DNA of 64,000 nt from Myxococcota bacterium (GCA_044344255.1 JBIJDH010000003.1:256001-320000); one strand, 5' to 3'. Shown: positions 1-9,298, numbered from the stretch's first letter. Numbers and translations: made by a program. The notes: a model not told the origin generated them from the sequence alone.

Positions 1-699
1 GAGGTGACGAACCTCATGCCGGCCACGGGCGGCCGAGACGCCGAGAGCATCGAGGAGATCGTCCGTCGGGCGCCCGCGATCCTCACGAGCCGAGACCGCG
101 CCGTCACCCGCGGTGACTTTGAGATCATCGCCCGTGAGGCCTCCGGGGAGGTGGCCCGCGCCGCTTGCTCCGAGCGGATGGCCGGGGACGGACAGGTGGA
201 GGTGGTCATCCTGCCCCACCGCCGCGAGGGTGAGGTCGTCCCTGACCCCTTCCTCTCGCAGGGCCTCCGAGATCACGTGAGCCGCTACCTCAAGCGGCGG
301 TGCCTCATCAACGTCGATCCGGTCGTGCGCCTCGCAGCCTTCCTGCCGCTCGACGTGAGCGTGACCCTCCGGCTGCGCCCGAACGCGAACGTGCTCCAGG
401 TGCGGGAGCAGGCCGAGCGCTGGGTGAGCGGCTTCCTCGACCCCTACTCCGGCGGGCTCGACCGCGAGGGCTGGCCCTTCGCGGGCACGATCTACGCCCA
501 GGACTTCGCGCGGATGGTCACCGACATCCCCGACGTCCGCCATGTCGTCTCTGTGCGCCTCTTCGACATGTCCCACGCCGAGAACCGCGCGGTTCCCGGC
601 TGGGACGAGGGGGAGGGCGACGACTCCGTCGTATTGGTCAAGCATGACCTCTTCACCGTGCGCCGCATCCGCGTGCGCACCGAGGAGGGCGGCGAGTGA
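1..699 (+). CDS. Baseplate J-like / putative baseplate assembly protein of a contractile injection system (5'-truncated by window edge)
   Basis: Frame open from base 1. 'ATGGRDAESIEE..RRAP..L.SRDRAVT..DFE' is the typical baseplate J (Afp11-like) motif; 'GWPFAGTIY' is typical of eCIS baseplate proteins. Confidence 0.9.
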   Translation, partial: EVTNLMPATGGRDAESIEEIVRRAPAILTSRDRAVTRGDFEIIAREASGEVARAACSERMAGDGQVEVVILPHRREGEVVPDPFLSQGLRDHVSRYLKRRCLINVDPVVRLAAFLPLDVSVTLRLRPNANVLQVREQAERWVSGFLDPYSGGLDREGWPFAGTIYAQDFARMVTDIPDVRHVVSVRLFDMSHAENRAVPGWDEGEGDDSVVLVKHDLFTVRRIRVRTEEGGE

Positions 700-1802
700 G
701 CACCAACTGGCTGGCGCTGCGCGACACGGTGGGCGGACGGGACGGGGTCCCGGGCGACTACCGCGCCCTCGAGGACGTCGTGCGCATCGGGTACCCGGTG
801 CGGGACGCTCGCACCTGGCTCTCCCGGCAGCTCGGCAACCCCGTCGGATACCGCCTCGTCGAGAGCCGTCGCGGTGAGAAGGTGGGCTGCGTGCGGGAGA
901 TCGAGGTGATCCCGCACGGCGGTGGTGACGTCGTGCACGTCCGCACCCTGCGCGTGATGCCGGACGGCAGCCCCGCGAGCTTCTACGCCCCGGATGAGCT
1001 GGTTGAGGTCCACGCGGTGGTCGAGACGGACACCGGATCGGTCCCGCCCTCACTCCAGCCCCGCGACCGTGTGATCCTCCACATCCCGGTTCGGAGCTAT
1101 CTCCGCTTCCTCCCTGGGCTCTATCAGGGCGGCGCGCCCACCACCCGCCGGGACGTGGCCCGGGTGAACGAGCGCTCGGCGCGGCAATGGGGGGCCCGGG
1201 ACGAGGTGCGGTCGAGCTCGGTGGCCGTGCATCAGGCCGACCAGTTCCGCCGCTTCCTGTTCATCTTCCAGCATCAAATGACCACAGTGACCGATCGGAT
1301 CGACCAGATCCCGTCGCTCACCGATCCGATGACCACCGAGGCGAAGTTCCTCTCCTGGATCGCCTCCTGGGTGGGCTTCGAGCTGGACGAGTCCCTGCCG
1401 CTCCATCAGCAGCGGGAGCTCGTCAAGCGAAGCATCGGGCTCCACCGCCGCCGTGGTACGAAGGCCGGGGTGGAGGAGATGATCCAGGTGCTGACGAGCG
1501 CGCCCGTTGAGGTGATCGAGCGACGGAAGCCCGCGGGTACGGTGATGGGCCGGATGACCCTCGCGGGCGGCCGGTCGGTCGATGAGCGGTACCTGCGCGG
1601 CGAGCCGGCGGGGTGCTACATGGTGCCCCCCGAGCGCAGCAGCACGAGCTTCTTCGCGCTCCGCCTCGAAGATCGACACTCCTTCAAGAAACGGTTCGGC
1701 GAACGAGGCCCCCAGGTCTTGAGACGCATCGCGCAGATCGTCACCGCCGAGAAGCCAGCCCACGTCACCTTCACGATTGAGTTTGAGGAGCGGGTTCGAT
1801 GA
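696..1802 (+). CDS. Phage tail / baseplate protein (P2 gpI-like, CIS wedge) with N-terminal extension
   Basis: Motifs 'YLRFLPGLYQ', 'FRRFLFIF', 'FLSWIASWVG', 'RRRGTKAGVEEMI', 'AEKPAHV'; GTGA overlap with the baseplate J gene. Confidence 0.85.
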   Translation: MSTNWLALRDTVGGRDGVPGDYRALEDVVRIGYPVRDARTWLSRQLGNPVGYRLVESRRGEKVGCVREIEVIPHGGGDVVHVRTLRVMPDGSPASFYAPDELVEVHAVVETDTGSVPPSLQPRDRVILHIPVRSYLRFLPGLYQGGAPTTRRDVARVNERSARQWGARDEVRSSSVAVHQADQFRRFLFIFQHQMTTVTDRIDQIPSLTDPMTTEAKFLSWIASWVGFELDESLPLHQQRELVKRSIGLHRRRGTKAGVEEMIQVLTSAPVEVIERRKPAGTVMGRMTLAGGRSVDERYLRGEPAGCYMVPPERSSTSFFALRLEDRHSFKKRFGERGPQVLRRIAQIVTAEKPAHVTFTIEFEERVR

Positions 1803-2734
1803 AGAACGACCCCATCCTGCGACGGCTGCGGGCCTTTGAGGGCCTCTGCCTCACCGCCGGCGACCTCCAGGACGAGCAGAGCTACCACCGCCAGAACCTG
1901 CATCGGCACCACCTCTTCCTGCACGGCCACGGCATCGTGCAGGGCTTGCAGGTCGAGCTCCAGCAGAAGAAGGAGAAGTACGTCGCCATCATCCAGGCGG
2001 GCTTCGGCATCACCCGGCTCGGCCAGGGGGTGCACCTGCCCGAGGCGGTGAGCGTGCCGCTCGAGGTCCCGAAGAAGGACGGCGAGTACATGCTGTGGAT
2101 CTTCCACGTCGAGTCTCCCGACGATGGCGACATGCGGACGATCTTCGACACCTCGGAGAGGTCCTCGGCCCGCACCAAAGAGAGCTGTGCCCCGCGCCTC
2201 CACGCCATCGACGAAGACCAGGCGGACGCCGTCGCGCTCTGCCGGATCAACGTTCGGCTCGGGCGCATGGTGCAGGTGCTGCTCCCGGTGCCGCGCGCCG
2301 GTAGACAGGCCCGTGCGGCGGAGAGCTACCTCAAGCCTCGGGTCGTCGAATTCATCCGGGTCAACAAGAAGATCGTGATGTTCCTCTTTCGAACTCGGCT
2401 CCTCGCCGAGCTCGATCTGGGGGCGCTCGGCTTCTACTCCGCCCTCGTCTCTTCGGAATTCCTCCTCATCGAAGAGGGGACGAGCGACCGTGTGTTGTAC
2501 CGCACCGCCGGCTCGCTCATCGGCTACGCCCACGACTTCTTCAGCCCGCTGCCCCGCACCATCGAGCGGGTCGAGCAGTTCAAGGAGTTCGTCCGGCGGG
2601 TGGGGGCCGAGGTGCCCGCCCCCGATCAGGGCGATGAGATCTGGCTCCGCTGGTTCGACAAGTTCGAGCGGCTGCTCCAGCCCTTGAACAAGATCGCCGA
2701 CGAGCTGGGCGCCACCGTCGAAGCGCAGCGGTAA
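1799..2734 (+). CDS. CIS-associated protein with fibre/adaptor-type N-terminal domain and helical C-terminal domain
   Basis: 'RLRAFEGLCLTAGDLQDEQSYHR....HHLFLHGHGIVQGLQV' matches the R..F.G..LT..DL..EQ.Y......LHG.G.V.GL.V motif found at the N-terminus of proteins downstream of eCIS baseplate genes; ATGA overlap. Confidence 0.7.
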   Translation: MKNDPILRRLRAFEGLCLTAGDLQDEQSYHRQNLHRHHLFLHGHGIVQGLQVELQQKKEKYVAIIQAGFGITRLGQGVHLPEAVSVPLEVPKKDGEYMLWIFHVESPDDGDMRTIFDTSERSSARTKESCAPRLHAIDEDQADAVALCRINVRLGRMVQVLLPVPRAGRQARAAESYLKPRVVEFIRVNKKIVMFLFRTRLLAELDLGALGFYSALVSSEFLLIEEGTSDRVLYRTAGSLIGYAHDFFSPLPRTIERVEQFKEFVRRVGAEVPAPDQGDEIWLRWFDKFERLLQPLNKIADELGATVEAQR

Positions 2735-2740
2735 CGAGAG

Positions 2741-3721
2741 ATGGCCGTGGGCCCGCCTCCGAACATGGGCCAGAGCATGGCCCAGAGCATGATCGGGCAG
2801 GCCTCCGCCCCCGCCGCGGGGCAGGGCGGCCAGCAGACGGTCCGGGTGCGGGTCCAGGTCGTGGACATGAAGAGCTTCACCCTCGATCTGGAGCTCCCCA
2901 CCTACCTGCCGGCCAGGGATCTCACGCAGCGGGTGGCCCGTGACGCCGGTCTGAACGCGTTCTGGACGGACGGTCGTCGTCGTCTGTACTGGTTACGCGC
3001 GCGCGGTCGCTTGCTCCAAGATGAGGAGACGCTGGGCGACCTCGGGGTCATTGATCAGGAGCTCGTCTACCTCCTCCCGGAGCCGCCGCAGGGCTCGGGC
3101 GTGCTCGAGCAGGTGCCGGACTACCCGGAGAACCGTGGTTACACCGGTAAAGGTACGCTCACGCTCCTCGGCTCGGTGGCCGGGGTCATGGCCTGGGCAA
3201 CCGGATGGGGCACCGCGCTCATCATCGACCGCAACCTGCTCACGGTGATCGTGCCGGGCCTCGGGATGGGCTTCCTCTGTATCTCCCTCTCTCGACATAT
3301 GTGGGGAGGGCAGGGGAGCCAGGCGCGGGTCGCCCTGACGGCGGTGATCTTCTATCTGCTGGTCTTCGTGCTGGTGTTCCTGCCGGCGGTCTTCTTCGGC
3401 GAGGAGCTGGGCGCCGTCTACGCCCAGAGCGTGTCGGGCTTCACGATGGGCCTGATCGGCGTCTTCGTCGGTTGGCTGGCCTGGTGGGGCGCCGTCGAGT
3501 CCTTGCCGCCCCTCCCCACCCAGGCGGAGGTGGCGGAGGAGAAGAAGGACGTCGAGATCGTGCCCTGCGGCATCTGCGCGCAGGGCGTGGTCCCCGACGT
3601 TCGGGCCGCATGCCCCTACGGGTGCGGACAGAACTTCCACAAGGGCTGTTACCAGGCCCGCCTCTCTGTGTATCGTGGTGACCCCCGCTTCTGCGCGGTG
3701 TGTAACGCTCGCGTACGCTGA
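2741..3721 (+). CDS. Membrane protein: N-terminal ubiquitin-like (YukD/EsaB-type) domain, ~4 TM helices, C-terminal C4HC3 RING/PHD-like zinc finger
   Basis: Beta-grasp pattern 'VRVQVVD..FTLDLELP...RDLTQRVA...YWLRARGRLLQDEETLGDLGVIDQELVYLL'; four hydrophobic segments; C-x2-C-x11-C-x3-C-x4-H-x2-C-x14-C-x2-C at the C-terminus. Confidence 0.75.
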   Translation: MAVGPPPNMGQSMAQSMIGQASAPAAGQGGQQTVRVRVQVVDMKSFTLDLELPTYLPARDLTQRVARDAGLNAFWTDGRRRLYWLRARGRLLQDEETLGDLGVIDQELVYLLPEPPQGSGVLEQVPDYPENRGYTGKGTLTLLGSVAGVMAWATGWGTALIIDRNLLTVIVPGLGMGFLCISLSRHMWGGQGSQARVALTAVIFYLLVFVLVFLPAVFFGEELGAVYAQSVSGFTMGLIGVFVGWLAWWGAVESLPPLPTQAEVAEEKKDVEIVPCGICAQGVVPDVRAACPYGCGQNFHKGCYQARLSVYRGDPRFCAVCNARVR

Positions 3722-3752
3722 GCCGGCCCCCCGACCACGTTAAGCGGCCGCC

Positions 3753-6557
3753 ATGAAGCCCGCTTCCCCTGCTCGCCCCTGGCTCCGTCGGCTGACCCTC
3801 TTCGGTGGAGCCGGCGTCGGCCTGCTCTGCGGGGCGGCGCTCGCTACCCCGGCCCTCTTGCGCGGCCCGGTGCGGGCGCGCCTCGATCGCGAGCTGGCGG
3901 CGCGGGTCGACGCCGACGTCTCCATCGGCGACTTTGACCTCACCCTGATCCCCGCCTTCCCCAACCTCACCCTCGAGCTCAGCGACCTGCGGGTCACCGG
4001 CACGGGCGACTTCGAGGGGGTCGAGCTCCTTCAGGTCAAGGAGGCCGCCTTCTCGGTCGATCTGGCCAGCCTCGCCTCGGGAGGGACGGTCGAGCTCCGT
4101 GAGCTCCGCCTCGTCGAGCCGGTGATCCACGTTCGTGTCAACGCCGATGGGCGCAGCAACACCGACATCATGAAGCCCCAGCCGACCCCGCCCGGAGAGG
4201 CGGCTCCCCCGGCTCCCCTCCGCGCCCGCCTCAAGCGCGCGGTCGTGAGAGACCTCTCGCTGACCTACGACGACGCGCCCGGGCGGGTTTCGGTCATCGC
4301 CGCCGACCTTGACCATGAGGGCAGCGGCTCCATCTCCGGAGATCGGCTGCGATATCGAGCCGAGACCGGCGTGGGCGCGCTCACCGTGCGACAGGGCGGG
4401 GTGGGGCTGCTCGACGCCGCTCGTGTGGCCCTCGATCTCGACGTCGCGCTCGATCTCGCCACCGGCGCCGCCGCCTTCGGGTCGAGCCGCCTGCAGGTCA
4501 ACTCCCTCCCCCTCCGCTTTGAGGGAGAGGTGGAGCCGGTCCGCGAAGGCACCCGCCTCGACATGAGCTTCACGGCGGAGGAGAGCAGCTTTCGCGAGAT
4601 CCTGTCGCTCATCCCATCGGTATACAAGGGGGACATCGCCCGCCTCGAGGCCTCCGGCAGCCTCGCGGTGTCGGGTAAGGTGAATGGCATACTCCCCGAG
4701 CAGGGCGACAGCCTCCCGGCGCTGAGCCTCCGCGCCAAAGTGGAGGATGGGCGCTTCCGGGACCCCTCGCTGCCGGTCGGCGTCGACGACGTGGCGCTCG
4801 AGGTGCTCGTCGATCACCCGGGGGGCCCTCCCGACGCCCTCGTCCTCGATGTCCCCCGCTTTCACTTCTCTGTAGACGGGCGCCCCGTGGACGGTCGCCT
4901 GCGCTTGAAACACATCACCACCGATCCGCTGGTAGAGGCGGCGGTCCAGGCCGACCTCGACCTCGGCCGCCTCCGCGCCGCGCTGCCGCCCGACGACTCC
5001 ACCTTCTCGGGCGCCCTCAAGCTCGACCTCGACGTGCTCGGCCGCGTCTCACAGCTCGAGTCGGCCTCCCTGGACGGCGTTCGAGCCCGAGGTTCCGTGG
5101 AGCTCAAGGACGCCCGTTACATGGGCCCCGACGTGGCCGAGGAGCTTCAGGTCGCGCGGCTGAGCATGGAGATGGACACCGCGTCCGTGCAGGTGAAGGC
5201 GCTGGAGATGCGCTTCGGGAGCTCCGATCTGTCCGGCCAGGGTCGGCTCGAGAACGTGATCGGCTACGCGCTCGGCAAGGGCGCCCTCGCGGGGGAGCTC
5301 ACCGCGAAGTCGAAGCGCCTCGACCTCCGCCCCTGGAGCGGCCCCGACGAGCCCGCCACTTCGGGGGGCGGCAAGGGCAAGGAGCCCGCCGCCGAAGAGG
5401 CCGGCGTGGCTACGGTGCCCACCGATCTCGCGGTCCGGGTCAAGGCCGAGGCGGGGCGTGTGCTCTACGACACCTACGATCTGACCGACTTTCACGGCGA
5501 CATCGAGGTGAAGGACGGCGTGGCCGACGTCCGCGACTTCCGCGCCCGGGCCTTCGGCGGGCAGGTCTCGATGAAGGGCCGCTACGCCGCGCCCACCGAG
5601 CGGCAGGCCGACGTCGACATGGTGCTCGGCATCTCCGGCTTCGGGCTGAGCGACCTCTTGGCGGCCTCCGACACCCTCCAGCGTATCGCCCCCATCGCCA
5701 AGGGAGCCCCGGGCAAGGTCTCGGCCAGCTTCCGGGTGAAGACGCGCCTGCGCCGAGACATGAGCCCCGACCTGAGCACGCTCTACTCCCAGGGCGACCT
5801 CTCGGCCGTGAACCTCCGCCTGAGCCCGGCCTTCATGAAGAAGGTCTCAGACGTGATGAAGGACAAGAGCTTCGGGAGTATTGTCCTTGACAATCACAAG
5901 CTCGGCTTCGAAATTGAGCAGGGAAAGGTCCACATCTCGCCGACGATGCTGCTCCTCGCCGGCGCCGCCGCCACCTTGGCGGGCTCGACCGGCGTGCTCG
6001 ACGAGTCCCTCGACCTTGACCTGAAGACCGACGTCCCCCTGCCGAAGGCGAAGGCCAGCGGCCTGCTCCAGGAGGCGGGGGTGGCCAAAGGCGGGAAGGT
6101 GCCGCTTCGGATCCAGGTCGGCGGCACCTTCGACAAGCCCACCGTGAAGACCAACCTCGGTGACCTCGCCGCTGAGGTGGTGGACGCGGGCGTCGATAAG
6201 GCGGTCGAGGCCGCCAAGAAAGCAGGGGATAAGCTGATCGACGAGGCGGAGGTCGCGGGGGACGCGCTCATCACCGAGGCCAAGAAGGCGGGGGACAAGC
6301 TCCGCGAAGAGGCCAAGAAGGCCTCCGATCGCCTCGTCAAGGAGGCGGGAAAGAACCCGGTCGCCGTGGCCGCCGCCAAGGAGGCCGGCAAGAAGCTCAA
6401 GAAGGAGGCCGACGAGAAGGCAGGTAAGCTCGTGAAGGCCGCCGAGAAGAAGAAGGGCGAGCTCGTGGAGAAGGCCCGTGACAAGAAGGACCAGCTCATC
6501 GAGGAGGCGGGCAAGGGGGCCAAGGCCAAGGCCAAGGCCAAGGCGAAGGGCGGCTGA
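3753..6557 (+). CDS. AsmA-family (repeating beta-groove) protein with C-terminal charged helical tail
   Basis: N-terminal TM anchor, AsmA-type 'LRELRLVEPVIHVRVNADGRSN', long amphipathic beta-strand repeats, 'LRIQVGGTFDKPTV' AsmA-like C-terminal motif. Confidence 0.8.
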   Translation: MKPASPARPWLRRLTLFGGAGVGLLCGAALATPALLRGPVRARLDRELAARVDADVSIGDFDLTLIPAFPNLTLELSDLRVTGTGDFEGVELLQVKEAAFSVDLASLASGGTVELRELRLVEPVIHVRVNADGRSNTDIMKPQPTPPGEAAPPAPLRARLKRAVVRDLSLTYDDAPGRVSVIAADLDHEGSGSISGDRLRYRAETGVGALTVRQGGVGLLDAARVALDLDVALDLATGAAAFGSSRLQVNSLPLRFEGEVEPVREGTRLDMSFTAEESSFREILSLIPSVYKGDIARLEASGSLAVSGKVNGILPEQGDSLPALSLRAKVEDGRFRDPSLPVGVDDVALEVLVDHPGGPPDALVLDVPRFHFSVDGRPVDGRLRLKHITTDPLVEAAVQADLDLGRLRAALPPDDSTFSGALKLDLDVLGRVSQLESASLDGVRARGSVELKDARYMGPDVAEELQVARLSMEMDTASVQVKALEMRFGSSDLSGQGRLENVIGYALGKGALAGELTAKSKRLDLRPWSGPDEPATSGGGKGKEPAAEEAGVATVPTDLAVRVKAEAGRVLYDTYDLTDFHGDIEVKDGVADVRDFRARAFGGQVSMKGRYAAPTERQADVDMVLGISGFGLSDLLAASDTLQRIAPIAKGAPGKVSASFRVKTRLRRDMSPDLSTLYSQGDLSAVNLRLSPAFMKKVSDVMKDKSFGSIVLDNHKLGFEIEQGKVHISPTMLLLAGAAATLAGSTGVLDESLDLDLKTDVPLPKAKASGLLQEAGVAKGGKVPLRIQVGGTFDKPTVKTNLGDLAAEVVDAGVDKAVEAAKKAGDKLIDEAEVAGDALITEAKKAGDKLREEAKKASDRLVKEAGKNPVAVAAAKEAGKKLKKEADEKAGKLVKAAEKKKGELVEKARDKKDQLIEEAGKGAKAKAKAKAKGG

Positions 6558-6569
6558 CCCGGGGCGCCC

Positions 6570-7691
6570 TCAGCTCGCCGCCGGCTCGGGGGCATCCTCC
6601 TCGGCTGCGTCGTCCGCGTCGTCCTCGTCTGGCGCGGGTAGCTCGATGCCTGCGGCCAGGGCGAATTCGACCTCGCCCCACTCGCCGCGGAGCTCGGCGA
6701 GGCGCGCCTTGATCAGGTTGAGGGCGGCATCGGCCCCTCGCTCAGCGAGCTGTCCGCCGACCTCGAGGAGGAGGGCGACGGCCGCCGGCCGATCGCCGAT
6801 CCAAGCGCGGGTGCCGGCGAGGGTCAGCGAGGCGTCGGCGACCCCGATCCAGTTGTGGCGGCGCTCCGCGGCCCCGCGCGCCGGCCGGGCGACCGCGTCG
6901 GCCTCTGCCCAGGCACCCCGAGCCTGGTAGAGCGCGGCGAGCAGGCTGCCCAGGAGGACGGTGGAGAGGTCGTCGTGGCGCGCGACCGCCAGCGTGAAGG
7001 CGGCGCGCAGGGGGGGCTCGGCCTCGTCGGCGAGGCCGATCTCCATCAGGTGGGCGCCGAGCAGGGTGAGGCAGCGGGCCTGCGCCACCCCGTCGTCGTG
7101 GCGCCGCGACAGCGCGACGGCGGCTTCGAGCTCGACCCTCGCGCGGACCCGATCGGCCCCGGCCGTGAGCAGCTCGGCGAGCACGAGGTGGACGGCGAGG
7201 CGGTCATGATCGCGTGCGGGGGAGGGCAGGAGGGCGAGCGCGTCCTCGAGGTGCTCCCGGGCGGGCGAAGGCGCAGCGGCGACGCGGGCGAGGGCCAGAT
7301 CGGCGCCGAGGCTGGGGTGGGCCTCGGCCTCGATCACGAGGGGCAAGAGCAGATCTTGGGCCCGCTCCTGCAGCCCGCTCGCGGCGGTGGCCCGGACGCC
7401 GAGGAGGCGGAGGCGCAGGGCCTCGACCGCGGCGCCGTGCTGCTCGGCCCGGCGAGCGGCGAGGGCGAGCTGACGGGCGGCGCCGGCCTCACCTCGGTGG
7501 AAGGAGAGCTCGGCGGCCCAGGCCAGCAGGGCGTCGGAGGCGCGCTGGGCCCCCAGGTCGAGGGTGGTCTCCGAAGGGAGCTCGACGGCGAGCTCACCCG
7601 CGAGCGCGAGGGCCCGATCTCGAGACTGGCCGAGGAGGGCGTGCCCGCGCAGCCGTCGCAGCCGCTCCTCCGCGCTGGGGGCCTCGCTCAT
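6570..7691 (-). CDS. Hypothetical TPR-like helical repeat protein
   Basis: ATG at 7691 (MSEAPSAEE) overlapping the stop of the upstream gene; Ala/Leu helical repeats resembling MalT-type TPRs; acidic tail. Confidence 0.55.
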   Translation of the reverse strand: MSEAPSAEERLRRLRGHALLGQSRDRALALAGELAVELPSETTLDLGAQRASDALLAWAAELSFHRGEAGAARQLALAARRAEQHGAAVEALRLRLLGVRATAASGLQERAQDLLLPLVIEAEAHPSLGADLALARVAAAPSPAREHLEDALALLPSPARDHDRLAVHLVLAELLTAGADRVRARVELEAAVALSRRHDDGVAQARCLTLLGAHLMEIGLADEAEPPLRAAFTLAVARHDDLSTVLLGSLLAALYQARGAWAEADAVARPARGAAERRHNWIGVADASLTLAGTRAWIGDRPAAVALLLEVGGQLAERGADAALNLIKARLAELRGEWGEVEFALAAGIELPAPDEDDADDAAEEDAPEPAAS

Positions 7692-9298
7692 CGGTCCATG
7701 GCTCCGGCCAGCGTCGAGAAGGCCCAGCTCCGCAGCTCGACCAGCGAGGCCCGGGCGGCAGAGAGGCCCTGGTGGATGTCTTCGGGGCGATCGTCCAGCG
7801 CGTCGAGGGGGGTGCCGGCGAGGCTGTCGAGGGCCCGGCCCGCCTGGACCACGCCGCGGGCGAGCTGGCGCAGCGCCTTGTCTCCGGAGCGGAGGGTGGC
7901 CGAGACGGGGGAGCCGGGGCGCACCCGGCAGACCGCGAGCGCCGCGGCGGCGATCTCGACCTGGCATCGCCCGATCGCGTTCATCAGGTAGCGGGCGGCG
8001 TGGACGCTCTGCTCGAGCTGCTCGGGGCGGACGACCGGCTCACCGGGCGCCTCCTCAGGACTTCCGTCTCCGTCGCCGAGGTAGGCGTTGATCAGGGCGT
8101 CGAGCGCGTCGAGCTGGTCGTCGGCAGGGTGGACCCACTCTCCCTCACCGCCCTCGCTGTCAGCGGACGGCGGCAGGAGGTCGAGGCGCGGCACCTCGGG
8201 GAGGTAGCCGCTCGGGATGATGCGGGAGAGGGCCATCCCGCCGAGGGCGCTCGGGGAGCCGCCGCCGCGGGAGCCAGGGGCCTCGTCCAGCTCGCGGACC
8301 CCGAGGGCGTCCTCGAGGATCTGGAGGGCGTGGAGGCGCCCCTCTTCGGCCAGCGGTCGGGCGGCGGCGACCGACTCCTCCCAGGCTGTGCGGACCAGCG
8401 AGAGAGAGACGGCGCGATCGGTGCGGACGCCGCCCCCCTCGAGGGCCTCGGCGCAGACGGCGAGGTTGGCGAGCCGGGCGACGCCCCCCGCGTAGCCGCC
8501 GGCCTCGGGCACCAGGGCGGCGATCGAGGCGCCGAGCACCCGGCCGAGGGCGCGGGAGAGCGGCGACTGGCCGGCCGCCGCGAGGAAACGACCGATCTCG
8601 CTGGGGCGGCCGATGGGATCGTGGATCCCGTCCGCCTGCAGCAGGTCCTCCGGCTCGACCCGGAGGCGCCCGAGCTCGACCGGGTTCTGGAGGCTGAGCT
8701 CCACAGCGGCGTAGAGGGCGTCCCCCTCCCGACCCGCCAACGTCGGCGGCCCGTGGTGCTCGAAGAGGACGTCAATCGCCCCCAGCGCCTCGTCGTCGAG
8801 CGCGCCCTCGTCACCGATGTCCTCCTCGTCGAAGGGGTCGTCTTCATCGAAGTTCTGGACGGGAGAGCTCCGGAGCTTGCGGTAGCGGGTCGGGGCACGG
8901 GGATCGTCGGGGTCGTCTTCGCCGCCGAACAGGAGGCCGACGTCCCAAGGGCTCTCCCCGTCGCCGCCGTCCGCGCCACCTCCGCCGCCACCGCCGACCT
9001 GGCGGGCCTCGAGCTCCATGCCCTCCTCGAGGTCCTCCCCCTCGACCAGCTCTTCGATCTGCTCCTCTTCTTCTTCGTGTTCGGCCCCCGCGCCGGACTG
9101 CGCGCCACCCTGCCTGCCGATTAGCGCCGCCAGGGCCTGATTGCCGAGCTGCGGCGCGAGCTTCTGCGCGGCCTCGGCCGAGATCTCCTGGCCCTCTTCG
9201 AGCTTCTGGAGCTCCTCGAGCTGCTGGGGGTCGAGCTCACGCTCGGACTCCGGCTTCTTCAGCTCCTGCTGGCGGCGCTGCTCGTAGGCCGTGGCCAT
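7688..9298 (-). CDS. Hypothetical acidic protein with N-terminal 'LAPQLGNQALAALI' motif
   Basis: ATG at 9298 (MATAYEQRRQ); natural protein-like composition; very acidic N-terminal third, helical C-terminal part. Confidence 0.6.
   Translation of the reverse strand: MATAYEQRRQQELKKPESERELDPQQLEELQKLEEGQEISAEAAQKLAPQLGNQALAALIGRQGGAQSGAGAEHEEEEEQIEELVEGEDLEEGMELEARQVGGGGGGGADGGDGESPWDVGLLFGGEDDPDDPRAPTRYRKLRSSPVQNFDEDDPFDEEDIGDEGALDDEALGAIDVLFEHHGPPTLAGREGDALYAAVELSLQNPVELGRLRVEPEDLLQADGIHDPIGRPSEIGRFLAAAGQSPLSRALGRVLGASIAALVPEAGGYAGGVARLANLAVCAEALEGGGVRTDRAVSLSLVRTAWEESVAAARPLAEEGRLHALQILEDALGVRELDEAPGSRGGGSPSALGGMALSRIIPSGYLPEVPRLDLLPPSADSEGGEGEWVHPADDQLDALDALINAYLGDGDGSPEEAPGEPVVRPEQLEQSVHAARYLMNAIGRCQVEIAAAALAVCRVRPGSPVSATLRSGDKALRQLARGVVQAGRALDSLAGTPLDALDDRPEDIHQGLSAARASLVELRSWAFSTLAGAMDR

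Noticed and set aside
1..2734. Baseplate genes as a prophage
   Set aside because: Motifs fit eCIS-type proteins, and no capsid, terminase, integrase, fibre or lysis genes follow; the upstream part is not visible, so this is not fully excluded.
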